Assembly (NCBI GenBank): GCA_030685065.1
Contig: JAUXQH010000095.1
Location: 142,855-206,854 of the forward strand
DNA: 64,000 nt
Source of the DNA: Pseudomonadota bacterium
GTDB taxonomy: Bacteria; Myxococcota_A; UBA796; SXON01
Reading direction: 5' to 3'
The notes under the pieces are model-generated. The model saw only the letters and a program-made list of their open reading frames with translations. It made no database searches and was not told where the DNA came from. Below are positions 26,515-34,994 of the stretch, piece after piece. The first letter of the stretch is position 1. The number at the start of each line of letters is the position of its first letter. A program made the translations under genes and the position numbers.

Positions 26515-29351
26515 GCCGGGCTCCGGGCGGAATCATCGTCGGGCGTTCGATTTCTTCCGGCTGGACCGTCCACCTGCTCCAGCTCGCCGCGCGCGACACC
26601 CTCGGGCAGGCCGGAAAGGGGCGTCTGCTCGATCTTCCGGCGCCTGCCGAGGGGGACGCTGTGCGGCGGCCGGGAAAGGCCGGCGGGCGCGCCCACCATC
26701 GCGGAGAGCTGCGCGGACACGATCACGGCGCTCTGGGGAGCCCGGGCGGCGAAGAACGCAAAGGCGGCCGTCGCAGGGTTGCGGGAGCGGGCGGCGTGAG
26801 GGGGTAGGCGCCGTCCGCTGGTCAGGCCCGCCGGACGCCGACGACGCGGTGGACGATCACCGGGCGGTGGTGAGGCGGCCCCAGTGCCGGAAGCCGGAGT
26901 TGGGGCCGCGCAGGGGCATCCGGAGGGATCCAAACGTCGACTTGCGCGTCCGGTAGGCGTGTTCCCTCCAACGCCCCCTCGTACCGAGCGCCGGCCGACA
27001 TACCTCGACGTGCGCACACGTGCGGCCACCCCCCAGAGCACCGCCAGGAACGCCAACCCGGGCGCCGTTCCGGGCGACATCGGGCCGTTCGCGCAACCGC
27101 ATCGCGGCCCCGGCGCCGGACCTCCGACCGCATCGCCGGCGCTCCATCCGAGCGGGGTCGAGGCCTCCGTGCCGCGCGCGGCGTCGAGGTACACGCCGTC
27201 CCCCGAGCGGACGCGCAGCTCGACGAGGTGCGGCCCGTCCGCGAGGCCCTCGACCGTCGCGAGCACCCCTCCGATCGGCATCGCGGCGGCGGCGGTCGAG
27301 CCCATCGCGACGCCGTCCACGAGCAGCTCGAGATCGGCGACCCCGTCGATGGCGCCGAGCAGCTCGACGCGGGTCCCGCGCAGCCACACGGTCGCGACGG
27401 TACCCATCGGGAGCGCGTGCACGGTTCCCAAGAAAGCGCCCTCGCGGTACAGGTCTTCCGAGGGTGGATCGTAGGCGACGAACGCGCTGTAGTGCGACTG
27501 ATCGTCCGCCTGCTGGACGCCCATCCAGCGGGTGACCGTGCCGTCGGCGTCGACGCGAAAAGCGCCCGCGGGCGTCATCGCGACGATCTCGGGGTGGGCG
27601 GCAAAGTCCGGGTGGGTGGCGACGGCCTCGATCTGTCCCGGCAGCTCGGCCCCAAGATCGACCCACGTCGCGCCCTGGTCGTCGCTGCGGAGGAGGCGCT
27701 GCGCCCGCGTCGCGACGACGATGGTGCCGTCGCTCGCGATGACGACGCGGCGAGCGCCCGTGTCGGCGGCGTGGGTCCACTCGCCCGCGACGCCGACGTC
27801 GATCCCGCCCGGTCCGACGGCGACGAGCAGGCTCCCCGCGATCGCCACGTCGTCGATGGCGTCCATCTCGTGCACCGCGGTGAAGTCCTCGCCGTCCTCC
27901 GAGACGTAGACGGCCTCGGGCGTCGTGTCGTCCTTGTCGCCGGTGATCGCCGCCACGCGGCCCCCGTCGTCGGCCATCCCGCGGACCACGTGGTCCCCGA
28001 TCACCGCGAGCCCGTCGACCGCGTGCCAGGACGCCCCGCCGTCGTCACTGCGCAGGGTGTCGCCGGGGGCCCCGTCGGCGCGCTGGACCGGGAAGAGCCA
28101 GACGCGGCCGTTCGGTCCCGCCTCCAGATCGTGCGCGGGCCCGAAGTCGCCGGCGAGGTCGACCCACGTCGCGCCGGCGTCGTCCGAACGTTTCGGCACG
28201 CGGTTCACGAGCGCGTAGGCGGGCACGAGGCCGACGGCGTCGACCGGCACGGAGATGGCCTGGGCGCCGGGCTTGTCCAGGCCGACACCGGGGCAGTCCC
28301 AGCGCGCGCCCCCCTCGAAGGCCCGCTCGATCCCGCAGCCGTAGGCGGCGACCAGCGCCAGGCCGTCCTCCGCGAAGTCCCGCGAGAACGCGACGCCGCG
28401 CGGGTAGTCCGCGCCCTTGAGCGGCTGCTTGAACCACGCGCCGCCCACGAGCGCCGCCGCGCCGTCGTAGGTGCCGACCACGATGTGATCCCCGCCCACG
28501 GCGAGCGCGGTGAAGGCCTCGTCGAGCTCGGTGAAGTCGTAGTAGTCGTCGTCCTCGAGGTCATCTCGCCACACAAGATCGATCGGCGCGGCATCGGCGG
28601 TCCAGGTCGCGCAGGCGTCGACGGAGACGGCGGGGCCGACATCGGCATGCGCGAGCACGAGCGAGGCGCCGTCCGTCGCGAGGCGGACGATGTTCGGATG
28701 GGCGCGGTTGGCCTCCCGGAGCGGGCTCTCCCCACACGCGATCCACGCCTCGGCGACGAGGCGGAGCACGTCCCCCTCGTCGGTGCCGACGTAGACATTG
28801 GCCTCGTCGAGCGTGGCCGAGCGCGCGCCGGGTGGCGCCGCCACGACGGACCAGTCGCCGCCTCGCGTGTAGGCGACCTCCCCGTCGAGGAGGGCCACCA
28901 CGCCGCCGGCTCCGGCGTGGAGGCTCACCACGGCGGACGGGAGCAACTGCTCGGCCACCCCATCGTGATTCATCGTCCACACGCCGTCGGCACCGCCGAT
29001 GTACAGGCGGTCGCCGCCGGCCACCGCGGTCGGCTCGAACGGGAGCGGCACCGGATCCCACGCCGCCCCTTCGCCGTCGGCGCTCCACCACGCCCGCATG
29101 TCGCCGATCAGCACCACGCCGCCGTCGTCGAGCGTGACCGCGGCGGTGAGCGCGTCCTCGAGGCACTCGCCCGCGCTCCCGACCCAGGTGCGGCCGGCGT
29201 CATCGGAGCGGTACAGGTCGCTCACGTCGTCATGGTCGGCGACCAGCCACCACGGCCGCAACGGATCGAGGGCCGGGGCGGGCGCGATGGCGGTCACGAC
29301 GTCGTGAGGGACGTGTGCGTGGGCCGGAGACAGGGCGAGGGCGAGGATCAT
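26349..29351 (-). CDS. BNR/Asp-box repeat protein with MYXO-CTERM-like C-terminal sorting motif. The probable functional end is ~27003; the ORF lacks a stop there and reads through 218 junk codons to 26349.
   Basis: Start MILALALSPAHAHV..., whose ATG overlaps the upstream lipoprotein stop (ATGA 29348-29351). Repeated SxDxGxTW Asp-boxes (YRSDDAGRTWV, RSDDAGATWVDL, RSDDGGASWHAV, RSDDQGATWVDL). Tail ...GPRCGCANGPMSPGTAPGLAFLAVLWGVAARVRTSR is a MYXO-CTERM pattern. The N-terminal 399 codons of track ORF 26349..30548 are junk in a different frame from the real lipoprotein gene. Confidence 0.7.
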   Translation of the reverse strand: MILALALSPAHAHVPHDVVTAIAPAPALDPLRPWWLVADHDDVSDLYRSDDAGRTWVGSAGECLEDALTAAVTLDDGGVVLIGDMRAWWSADGEGAAWDPVPLPFEPTAVAGGDRLYIGGADGVWTMNHDGVAEQLLPSAVVSLHAGAGGVVALLDGEVAYTRGGDWSVVAAPPGARSATLDEANVYVGTDEGDVLRLVAEAWIACGESPLREANRAHPNIVRLATDGASLVLAHADVGPAVSVDACATWTADAAPIDLVWRDDLEDDDYYDFTELDEAFTALAVGGDHIVVGTYDGAAALVGGAWFKQPLKGADYPRGVAFSRDFAEDGLALVAAYGCGIERAFEGGARWDCPGVGLDKPGAQAISVPVDAVGLVPAYALVNRVPKRSDDAGATWVDLAGDFGPAHDLEAGPNGRVWLFPVQRADGAPGDTLRSDDGGASWHAVDGLAVIGDHVVRGMADDGGRVAAITGDKDDTTPEAVYVSEDGEDFTAVHEMDAIDDVAIAGSLLVAVGPGGIDVGVAGEWTHAADTGARRVVIASDGTIVVATRAQRLLRSDDQGATWVDLGAELPGQIEAVATHPDFAAHPEIVAMTPAGAFRVDADGTVTRWMGVQQADDQSHYSAFVAYDPPSEDLYREGAFLGTVHALPMGTVATVWLRGTRVELLGAIDGVADLELLVDGVAMGSTAAAAMPIGGVLATVEGLADGPHLVELRVRSGDGVYLDAARGTEASTPLGWSAGDAVGGPAPGPRCGCANGPMSPGTAPGLAFLAVLWGVAARVRTSRYVGRRSVRGGVGGNTPTGRASRRLDPSGCPCAAPTPASGTGAASPPPGDRPPRRRRPAGLTSGRRLPPHAARSRNPATAAFAFFAARAPQSAVIVSAQLSAMVGAPAGLSRPPHSVPLGRRRKIEQTPLSGLPEGVARGELEQVDGPAGRNRTPDDDSARSPAYHRLTSSQGTSKPGMIQTWVFSKSVAHSTTARSSNPSPLKSPSHGVKPQIESPS
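26508..26810 (+). pseudogene. decayed paralog of the YkgJ-like gene 22833..23567 with two internal deletions and a frameshift
   Basis: ~85% nt identity in blocks (ggctggaccgtccacctgctccagctcgccgcgcg...; gagggggacgctgtgcggcggccgggaaa...; cgcccaccatcgcggagagctgcgcggacacgatcacggcgctctggggagcccgggcggcgaagaacgc...). The duplicated downstream tail continues to ~26990. The Cys-bearing core is deleted. Confidence 0.75.
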
Positions 29352-30730
29352 TCCAGGAGGAACGGCGTCAGCACCACGTCCGCGCCGTCCGTCTCGACGC
29401 GCCACGCACGACCGCCCGCGACCACGGCGGGACGTCCGGTCTCCGCGAGGCAAAGGTCGACGGAGACGGCGAGGTGGTCGTCGTCGTAGGCGTAGGCCCC
29501 AAACAGGTCGCCGGCGCCGTAGAGCGTCCCGACGAGGCGGCCGTCGGCGGTGGCTCCGGCCGGGGCGAGCTGGATCCCACGCGTGAGCGGCGTCCACTCG
29601 GCGTCCGCGGCTGACCAGCGGGCGAGCACCGGGTCTCCGACGGTGATGGTGACGCCCCCGTCCCCCGCGATCGTGACCTCGGAGTAGGCGAGTACGAACC
29701 CGCCGGGCACCGGCACGATCGCGCCGGGAAGGACCTCCAGCGGCGCCACCACGGCGGGCAGCGCGATCTCGGTGACGACGCCCGTCTCGAGATCCGCGGC
29801 CTCGATCGCAGTGCCTCCATAAAACGGCGAGGGCGCGAGGTAGAGCGCGCCCTCGGAGACGGCGCCGACGCTCTGGAAGAGGGACTGGGGCGCGGCGAGG
29901 AGCGGGGTCACGACGCGCGTGGCCGGGTCGATGACGTGGAAGGAGGTCTCGCCGCTCTCCCAGGCGTACGCCCGGACCACCGCGGCATCGGCGCCGCCGC
30001 TCAAGGCCAGGTTTCCCGCGAGCGCAAACACGTCCGTCGCGACCCCGGCCTCCAGATCGACGTAGAGGACGCGCTCCTCGTGGGGGCCCGTGTCCGCGGC
30101 GAGGTGGAGCAGGAGCCCGTCCCCGAGCGGCGCCTGGCCGCGCACGTAGCCCCCGGCGACCAGGCCTGTGAGCCGAATGGGCGCGCCGACGGACACCACG
30201 AGCGGCCCATCGACCCGCCCCTCCGCCGCGACCGGGAAGACGAGCTCGGCCATGAACTGGTCCTCCTCGGACAGCGGCGACACCCCACAGGCGGCCACCA
30301 CCTGCTCGTGCCAGGCGAAGTCGGGGTACGTGCAGCCGCACGCAGCCGCGAACCCGCCCTCCCCGAAGAGCTCCGTGCCCTGCGCGTCGAGGCCCTCCCG
30401 AAGGTCGAGGGCCAGGCACAGGTGGCCTCTCAGGTTCTTCGACTGGAACATCACATCGGGATCGATCTCGATGACCCAGTCGGGCCCGCCGTGGACGAGG
30501 GAGCCCGCGGGGTTTGCCTCCGCCACCGACTCCACCCGGTCGATACACACCCGACCGGGCCCGGTGGCGGCGACGAACGCCTCGTACGTGGCCTCCAGGT
30601 CCGTCAGCACGCCCGGCTCGAGCACCCCGCCTTCATCGAGAAAGGTGGTGCCGGTGTACCCGACGCACGGATCACAACCGGCGGCGACGGCCGGGAGCGA
30701 GACGACGAGCAGGAGGGGAAGAGGGCGCAT
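29348..30730 (-). CDS. lipoprotein, hypothetical (Cys-rich N-terminal region)
   Basis: MRPLPLLLVVSLPAVAAGCDPCVGY is a signal peptide plus lipobox. 460 aa, protein-like composition. Its 3' end is duplicated at 24486-24640. Confidence 0.75.
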   Translation of the reverse strand: MRPLPLLLVVSLPAVAAGCDPCVGYTGTTFLDEGGVLEPGVLTDLEATYEAFVAATGPGRVCIDRVESVAEANPAGSLVHGGPDWVIEIDPDVMFQSKNLRGHLCLALDLREGLDAQGTELFGEGGFAAACGCTYPDFAWHEQVVAACGVSPLSEEDQFMAELVFPVAAEGRVDGPLVVSVGAPIRLTGLVAGGYVRGQAPLGDGLLLHLAADTGPHEERVLYVDLEAGVATDVFALAGNLALSGGADAAVVRAYAWESGETSFHVIDPATRVVTPLLAAPQSLFQSVGAVSEGALYLAPSPFYGGTAIEAADLETGVVTEIALPAVVAPLEVLPGAIVPVPGGFVLAYSEVTIAGDGGVTITVGDPVLARWSAADAEWTPLTRGIQLAPAGATADGRLVGTLYGAGDLFGAYAYDDDHLAVSVDLCLAETGRPAVVAGGRAWRVETDGADVVLTPFLLE

Positions 30731-31042
30731 GAACGGGAGTGTAGCGCCTGATGAGGACGGGCGTGTCGAGAACCGCCCCGGCCGGTACGACGATTTGCAT
30801 ACCGCATGCCAACACCCCTACGATCCCGATCCCGTCGACGTCCACACGACACACCCCATCGAACGACCCATCTCCCGATGCATCCGCCATGCCAAGTCCT
30901 GCCACCGAAATCCATCCGATTTCTCTTGCGCGGGGTGGCAGGCCGACCTATCTCAAGGCCGCCCGGACCCCCGCCATCCCACCAATCCCACCCCGGCATA
31001 CGGGGCCGGGCTGGCCTCTCCCTTCCGGTCACTCGCACGACA

Positions 31043-32959
31043 ATGGACATCGTCCTCTACGCGCTCGCCTCCCTCGTCGGAACGACCGCGCTCGCCTTCG
31101 TCACCGGCACCATCCGGTACATTCCCAACCGCCGCGCCGGCGTGGTGGAGAAGCTCTGGAGCGCCAACGGCTCCGTTCAGAGCGGGTTCATCGCCCAGAA
31201 TGGCGAGGCCGGCTACCAACCCGACGTGCTCCGCGGTGGGTGGCACGCGTTCCCGCCGCTCCAATACCGCGTCCACAGCATTCCGCTCGTCACCATCGCC
31301 CAGGGCCAGATCGGCTACGTGTTCGCGCGTGACGGCGCGGCCCTCCCCGCCACCCAGACGCTCGCGTCCAATGCCACCGCGTGGGACTTCGAGGACGCGC
31401 GCGGTTTTCTCACCAAGGGCGGTCAGCGCGGCCCGCAGCGCCGCCTGTTGCGTGAGGGTACCTACGCCGTCAACCTCGCCCAGTTCGCCATCTTCTCGCC
31501 CGAGGCGACCTACGCCATCCGCCTCGAGAGCGCGGACGACTCCTCGTTCAAGCGCATGGCCGATCTGATCGCGGCGCGTGACGGCTTCGCCCCGGTCGTG
31601 CTCCGCGGGGGCGAGGACCGCGTGGGCATCGTGACCGTACACGACGGCCGCCCCCTCCCCCAGGGCGAGCTCATCGCGCCCGCCGTGGTGCCCCACGACA
31701 ACTTTCAGGACGCGGACTCCTTCGTGACCGCGGGCGGCTACCGCGGCCGCCAGCTCCCCGCCGTGGTCGAGGGAACCTGGTACATCAATCGCCTGTTCGC
31801 CACGGTCGAGCTCATCCCGAAGACCGTCGTCGAGGTCGGCACCGTCGGCGTCGTCGTGTCGTACACGGGGTCGGTGGGCGCGGACGTGTCGGGGGACGAC
31901 TACAAGCACGGTGAGTTGGTCGCCAACGGCGGGCGCGGTGTGTGGCAGGACCCCCTGCTGCCCGGAAAGTACGCCTTCAACACCTGCGCGGGAAAGGTGG
32001 TGGCGGTCCCCACGACCAACTTCATCCTCAAGTGGAACCGTCACGAGGTGGGCGCGCACCGCTATGACGAAAACCTCGCCGAGATCACGCTGATCACGCG
32101 GGACGCGTTCGAGCCCTCCCTGCCCCTCGCCATCGTCGTGCACATCGGCTACCGCGAGGCCGCGTTGGTCGTGCAGCGGTTCGGTGACATCAAGCGCCTC
32201 GTCGAACAGACGCTCGACCCCATGGTGGCCGCCTACTTCAAGAACATCGGCCAGACGCGCACGCTGATCCAACTGATCCATGACCGCAGCGAGATCCAGA
32301 TCCAGGCGGGCGAGGCCATGCGTGAAAAGTTCGCGCACTACAACCTCGTGTTGGAAGAGGTGCTCATCGGCACGCCCGGCTCGGCCCAGGCGGATGGCCC
32401 CATCGAGCGCATGCTGACGCAGATCCGCTCGCGCCAGATCGCGGACGAGCAGGTCGAGACCTACGGCCGCCAGGAGCGCGCGGCGGTCAAGGAGCGCGAG
32501 CTCCGCGAGGCCGAGGCGCGCGCCCACCAACAGACCGCGCTCACCCAGTCGGAGATCGACATCGTCATCCAGGGCAACGAGGGCCGCGCCGCCTACGAGC
32601 GCGCCGTTCAGGAGGCCGCGCGCATCCGCACGCTCGCCTCCGCCGACGCAGAGAAGGCCGCCCGCATCGGTGTCGCCCAGGCCCTCGCGGCCGAGGAGCT
32701 CGTGCGCGCCTACGGCGGGCCCCACTTCCACGTCACCCAGCAGGTCATGACCCGCTTCGCCGAGGCGATCGAGAAGTCCGGCGTCGTGATCGTGCCCCGG
32801 GTGTCCGTCGGCGCGGGCACGGGCACGGCGCTCGACGCCTTGCTCGCGACCCTCCTCGAGACTCGCGGCGGCGATCCCTCCATCGCGACGACCGAACGCT
32901 CGCCCGAGGCCGAGGCGCTGCGGACGGCCTTGCGGGAGAGCCTGGTGGGGCCGGTGTAG
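31043..32959 (+). CDS. flotillin-family SPFH/band-7 domain protein (YqiK-like)
   Basis: MDIVLYALASLVGTTALAFVTG TM anchor, SPFH core, and a long Ala/Glu-rich coiled coil (ERELREAEARAHQQTALTQSEID...RAAYERAVQEAARIRTLASADAEKAARIG). The upstream 79 codons of the track ORF are Arg/Pro-rich junk. Confidence 0.8.
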   Translation: MDIVLYALASLVGTTALAFVTGTIRYIPNRRAGVVEKLWSANGSVQSGFIAQNGEAGYQPDVLRGGWHAFPPLQYRVHSIPLVTIAQGQIGYVFARDGAALPATQTLASNATAWDFEDARGFLTKGGQRGPQRRLLREGTYAVNLAQFAIFSPEATYAIRLESADDSSFKRMADLIAARDGFAPVVLRGGEDRVGIVTVHDGRPLPQGELIAPAVVPHDNFQDADSFVTAGGYRGRQLPAVVEGTWYINRLFATVELIPKTVVEVGTVGVVVSYTGSVGADVSGDDYKHGELVANGGRGVWQDPLLPGKYAFNTCAGKVVAVPTTNFILKWNRHEVGAHRYDENLAEITLITRDAFEPSLPLAIVVHIGYREAALVVQRFGDIKRLVEQTLDPMVAAYFKNIGQTRTLIQLIHDRSEIQIQAGEAMREKFAHYNLVLEEVLIGTPGSAQADGPIERMLTQIRSRQIADEQVETYGRQERAAVKERELREAEARAHQQTALTQSEIDIVIQGNEGRAAYERAVQEAARIRTLASADAEKAARIGVAQALAAEELVRAYGGPHFHVTQQVMTRFAEAIEKSGVVIVPRVSVGAGTGTALDALLATLLETRGGDPSIATTERSPEAEALRTALRESLVGPV

Positions 32960-32975
32960 AGCCGACTCGGGCTCT

Positions 32976-34430
32976 TCAAACCACCCGGCCGAGCTGCTCG
33001 AGCCCGGCCCGGTGCGCCCGCTTCTGGAACATCCGGTAGACCGGGAGCCCGAGCAGCGCGAGCGGGTGCATCGGCAGCATGCGCGAGCGCAGCTCGATCC
33101 GGAGGCGGCCGTCGTGACGGGAGAGCGTTGCCCGCCACGCCCCGGCGCCGTAGTGCGCGGTGGTCGTGACGTAGCCGAAGGCGGCGTGTTCGGCGTCGGC
33201 CTCGGCTACGTTCACCTCGGTGGTGGCGGGAAAGCCGACGGCGGGAAAGCCGGGGAACAGGCGCACGAGCAGCACCATCCCCACCCGATCGCCGAGCCGC
33301 GCGCGCCGTCCCTCCTCCTTGAAAGCGGCGGCGCAGACCATCACGTCCGGCGGGTAGAAGTGGTAGCGCAGCAGCGCGTCGGACAGCGCCTCGAAGCGGC
33401 CCGGGGCGTCGGGACCGGCATCAACCACGCGCGTGTCCACGAACAGGGCGCGGGCCTCCTCGATGTCGCGCGTGGGAGCGACGAGGTTGGCGCACGGAGC
33501 CGGCGCCGGCACCCCGTCGAAGGAGGCGTAGCGGAGGGCGACCAGCCCGAGGACGGTCATCGCCACGGCGTTTCCGATCCCGTGCCATCGCAACATGTCG
33601 CCGAAGTCGAGCGCGGGCGCGCCCGCCGCGAGCGTGCCGGAGAACACCAGGCCCATCGCGACGGACGCGGCGAGGACGATCGCGGCCACCCGTGCGACCG
33701 TGCGCGCGGGTTCGGGGAGGCCGGCGAGCCGTGGGAGGCTCGCGAGCGACCACGCCAGCACCGAGAGGGCGAGCAGCCCGATCGCCGCCACCTCGAGGGG
33801 GGACGGCACTGCGGGGGTGCTCCGGGCCGCGAAGAACACGCCGATCAGCGGCGGCGCGAAGGTGACGCCCCAGAGCGGCACCTCCGCGGCCAGGCCTCGC
33901 CGGGCCAAGGCCGCGAGCGCGACGGGGAGCAGGCCGAAGGTGAAGTGGAAGTGCGTGACGGTGAGCGTGGCGAGCGGCTCGGCGAACCCGGCGAACGTGC
34001 CATCGTAGCGGGAGGTGGTGAGCGCGATCGCGGCGACCACGGGCCCGGCTGCCCCCGCGGCCTCGGCCCACACCCACGCACGCCTGCTGTCGAAGGCCGA
34101 GCCGCTCAAGAACCGGATGACCCCGTGGAGGAGGTGCGCCAGCGCCACCAGGATCCAGGCGGCGCCGAGCCCCGCGGCGAGCGGGCCGCGAGGCAGGAGC
34201 AGCGACGCACATGCGACGGACCCGAACACCGCCGCCAGGGCGCGCAGCCACGTCGGCACCGACCGGTCGAGGTGGACGAGCAGGGGAAACGCCACGAGCA
34301 CCGCGTAGGCGGCGGAGAGCCCGTAGCCGTCGACGCGCCCGGAAGCCGCCAGGGCGGCCCACGCGAGCGCGGGGAGGAGCTGGGTCCAGGAAGAGGGCAC
34401 GCGGCATGGTAGCGCGGTGCGCGTCGGCAT
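32976..34430 (-). CDS. hypothetical polytopic membrane protein with C-terminal soluble domain
   Basis: Start placed at MPTRTALPCRVPSSW.... Nine or more hydrophobic helices; C-terminal ...RYHFYPPDVMVCAAAFKEEGRRARLGDRVGMVLLVRLFPGF.... The upstream track-ORF residues are junk. The start position is uncertain. Confidence 0.5.
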   Translation of the reverse strand: MPTRTALPCRVPSSWTQLLPALAWAALAASGRVDGYGLSAAYAVLVAFPLLVHLDRSVPTWLRALAAVFGSVACASLLLPRGPLAAGLGAAWILVALAHLLHGVIRFLSGSAFDSRRAWVWAEAAGAAGPVVAAIALTTSRYDGTFAGFAEPLATLTVTHFHFTFGLLPVALAALARRGLAAEVPLWGVTFAPPLIGVFFAARSTPAVPSPLEVAAIGLLALSVLAWSLASLPRLAGLPEPARTVARVAAIVLAASVAMGLVFSGTLAAGAPALDFGDMLRWHGIGNAVAMTVLGLVALRYASFDGVPAPAPCANLVAPTRDIEEARALFVDTRVVDAGPDAPGRFEALSDALLRYHFYPPDVMVCAAAFKEEGRRARLGDRVGMVLLVRLFPGFPAVGFPATTEVNVAEADAEHAAFGYVTTTAHYGAGAWRATLSRHDGRLRIELRSRMLPMHPLALLGLPVYRMFQKRAHRAGLEQLGRVV

Positions 34431-34457
34431 CGCCCAATCGGTTACCTCCGGACCCCG

Positions 34458-34994
34458 ATGATCCTCCCCCCGCGCACGCTCGCGATCCGCCTCTTCTTCT
34501 GGACGGCGCTGCTCGCGTACGCGATGTGGATCATGCGCGGGAAGGGCGGCGAAGAGGAAGACAACGCCGCGGAGGACCCGGCGGAGGCACCGCCCGCGCT
34601 GGCGGCCCCCGATCGCCGGGTTCCGCTCCCGCGCCCGGGACCGCCACCCACCGCTGCGCCCGGCGGCGCCCAGGCACCCGAGGTGGTCGACATCGAGGCC
34701 GCCGTCGCCGCCATGGACGCCGCGGCAACCGCCTTGGCCGCGTGCGGAGCCGAGGGCAAGCTCAGCGTGCGGCTCGACGCCAACGGGCTCTCCGAGGCCT
34801 GGATCCTGCCCGCCGGGCCCCTGTCCGAGGCCAGGCCCCTCGCCGAGGCCATGGCCCTCTCCGAGGCCACCCTCCGTTGCGCCTCCGAGGCCGCGTGGGC
34901 GCCGCCGTGGCCCCGGGCGGCTCAGGGATTCGAGATGGAGGTCGGGATCGTGGGCCCACACGCCCCTGTCACGGGCGCTGGCAGGGTGAAGTAG
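34458..34994 (+). CDS. hypothetical protein (single N-terminal TM, Ala/Pro-rich)
   Basis: Plausible composition, but its start is only 27 bp from the divergent start at 34430 and its 3' end overlaps the convergent kinase by 73 bp. Confidence 0.35.
   Translation: MILPPRTLAIRLFFWTALLAYAMWIMRGKGGEEEDNAAEDPAEAPPALAAPDRRVPLPRPGPPPTAAPGGAQAPEVVDIEAAVAAMDAAATALAACGAEGKLSVRLDANGLSEAWILPAGPLSEARPLAEAMALSEATLRCASEAAWAPPWPRAAQGFEMEVGIVGPHAPVTGAGRVK

Noticed and set aside
26349-30548. Single 1399-aa protein
   Set aside because: The N-terminal 399 codons are Arg-rich and lie in a different frame over the real lipoprotein gene 29348..30730. The real start is the ATG at 29351, which forms an ATGA overlap. 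The C-terminal 218 codons beyond the MYXO-CTERM-like tail are probably read-through.
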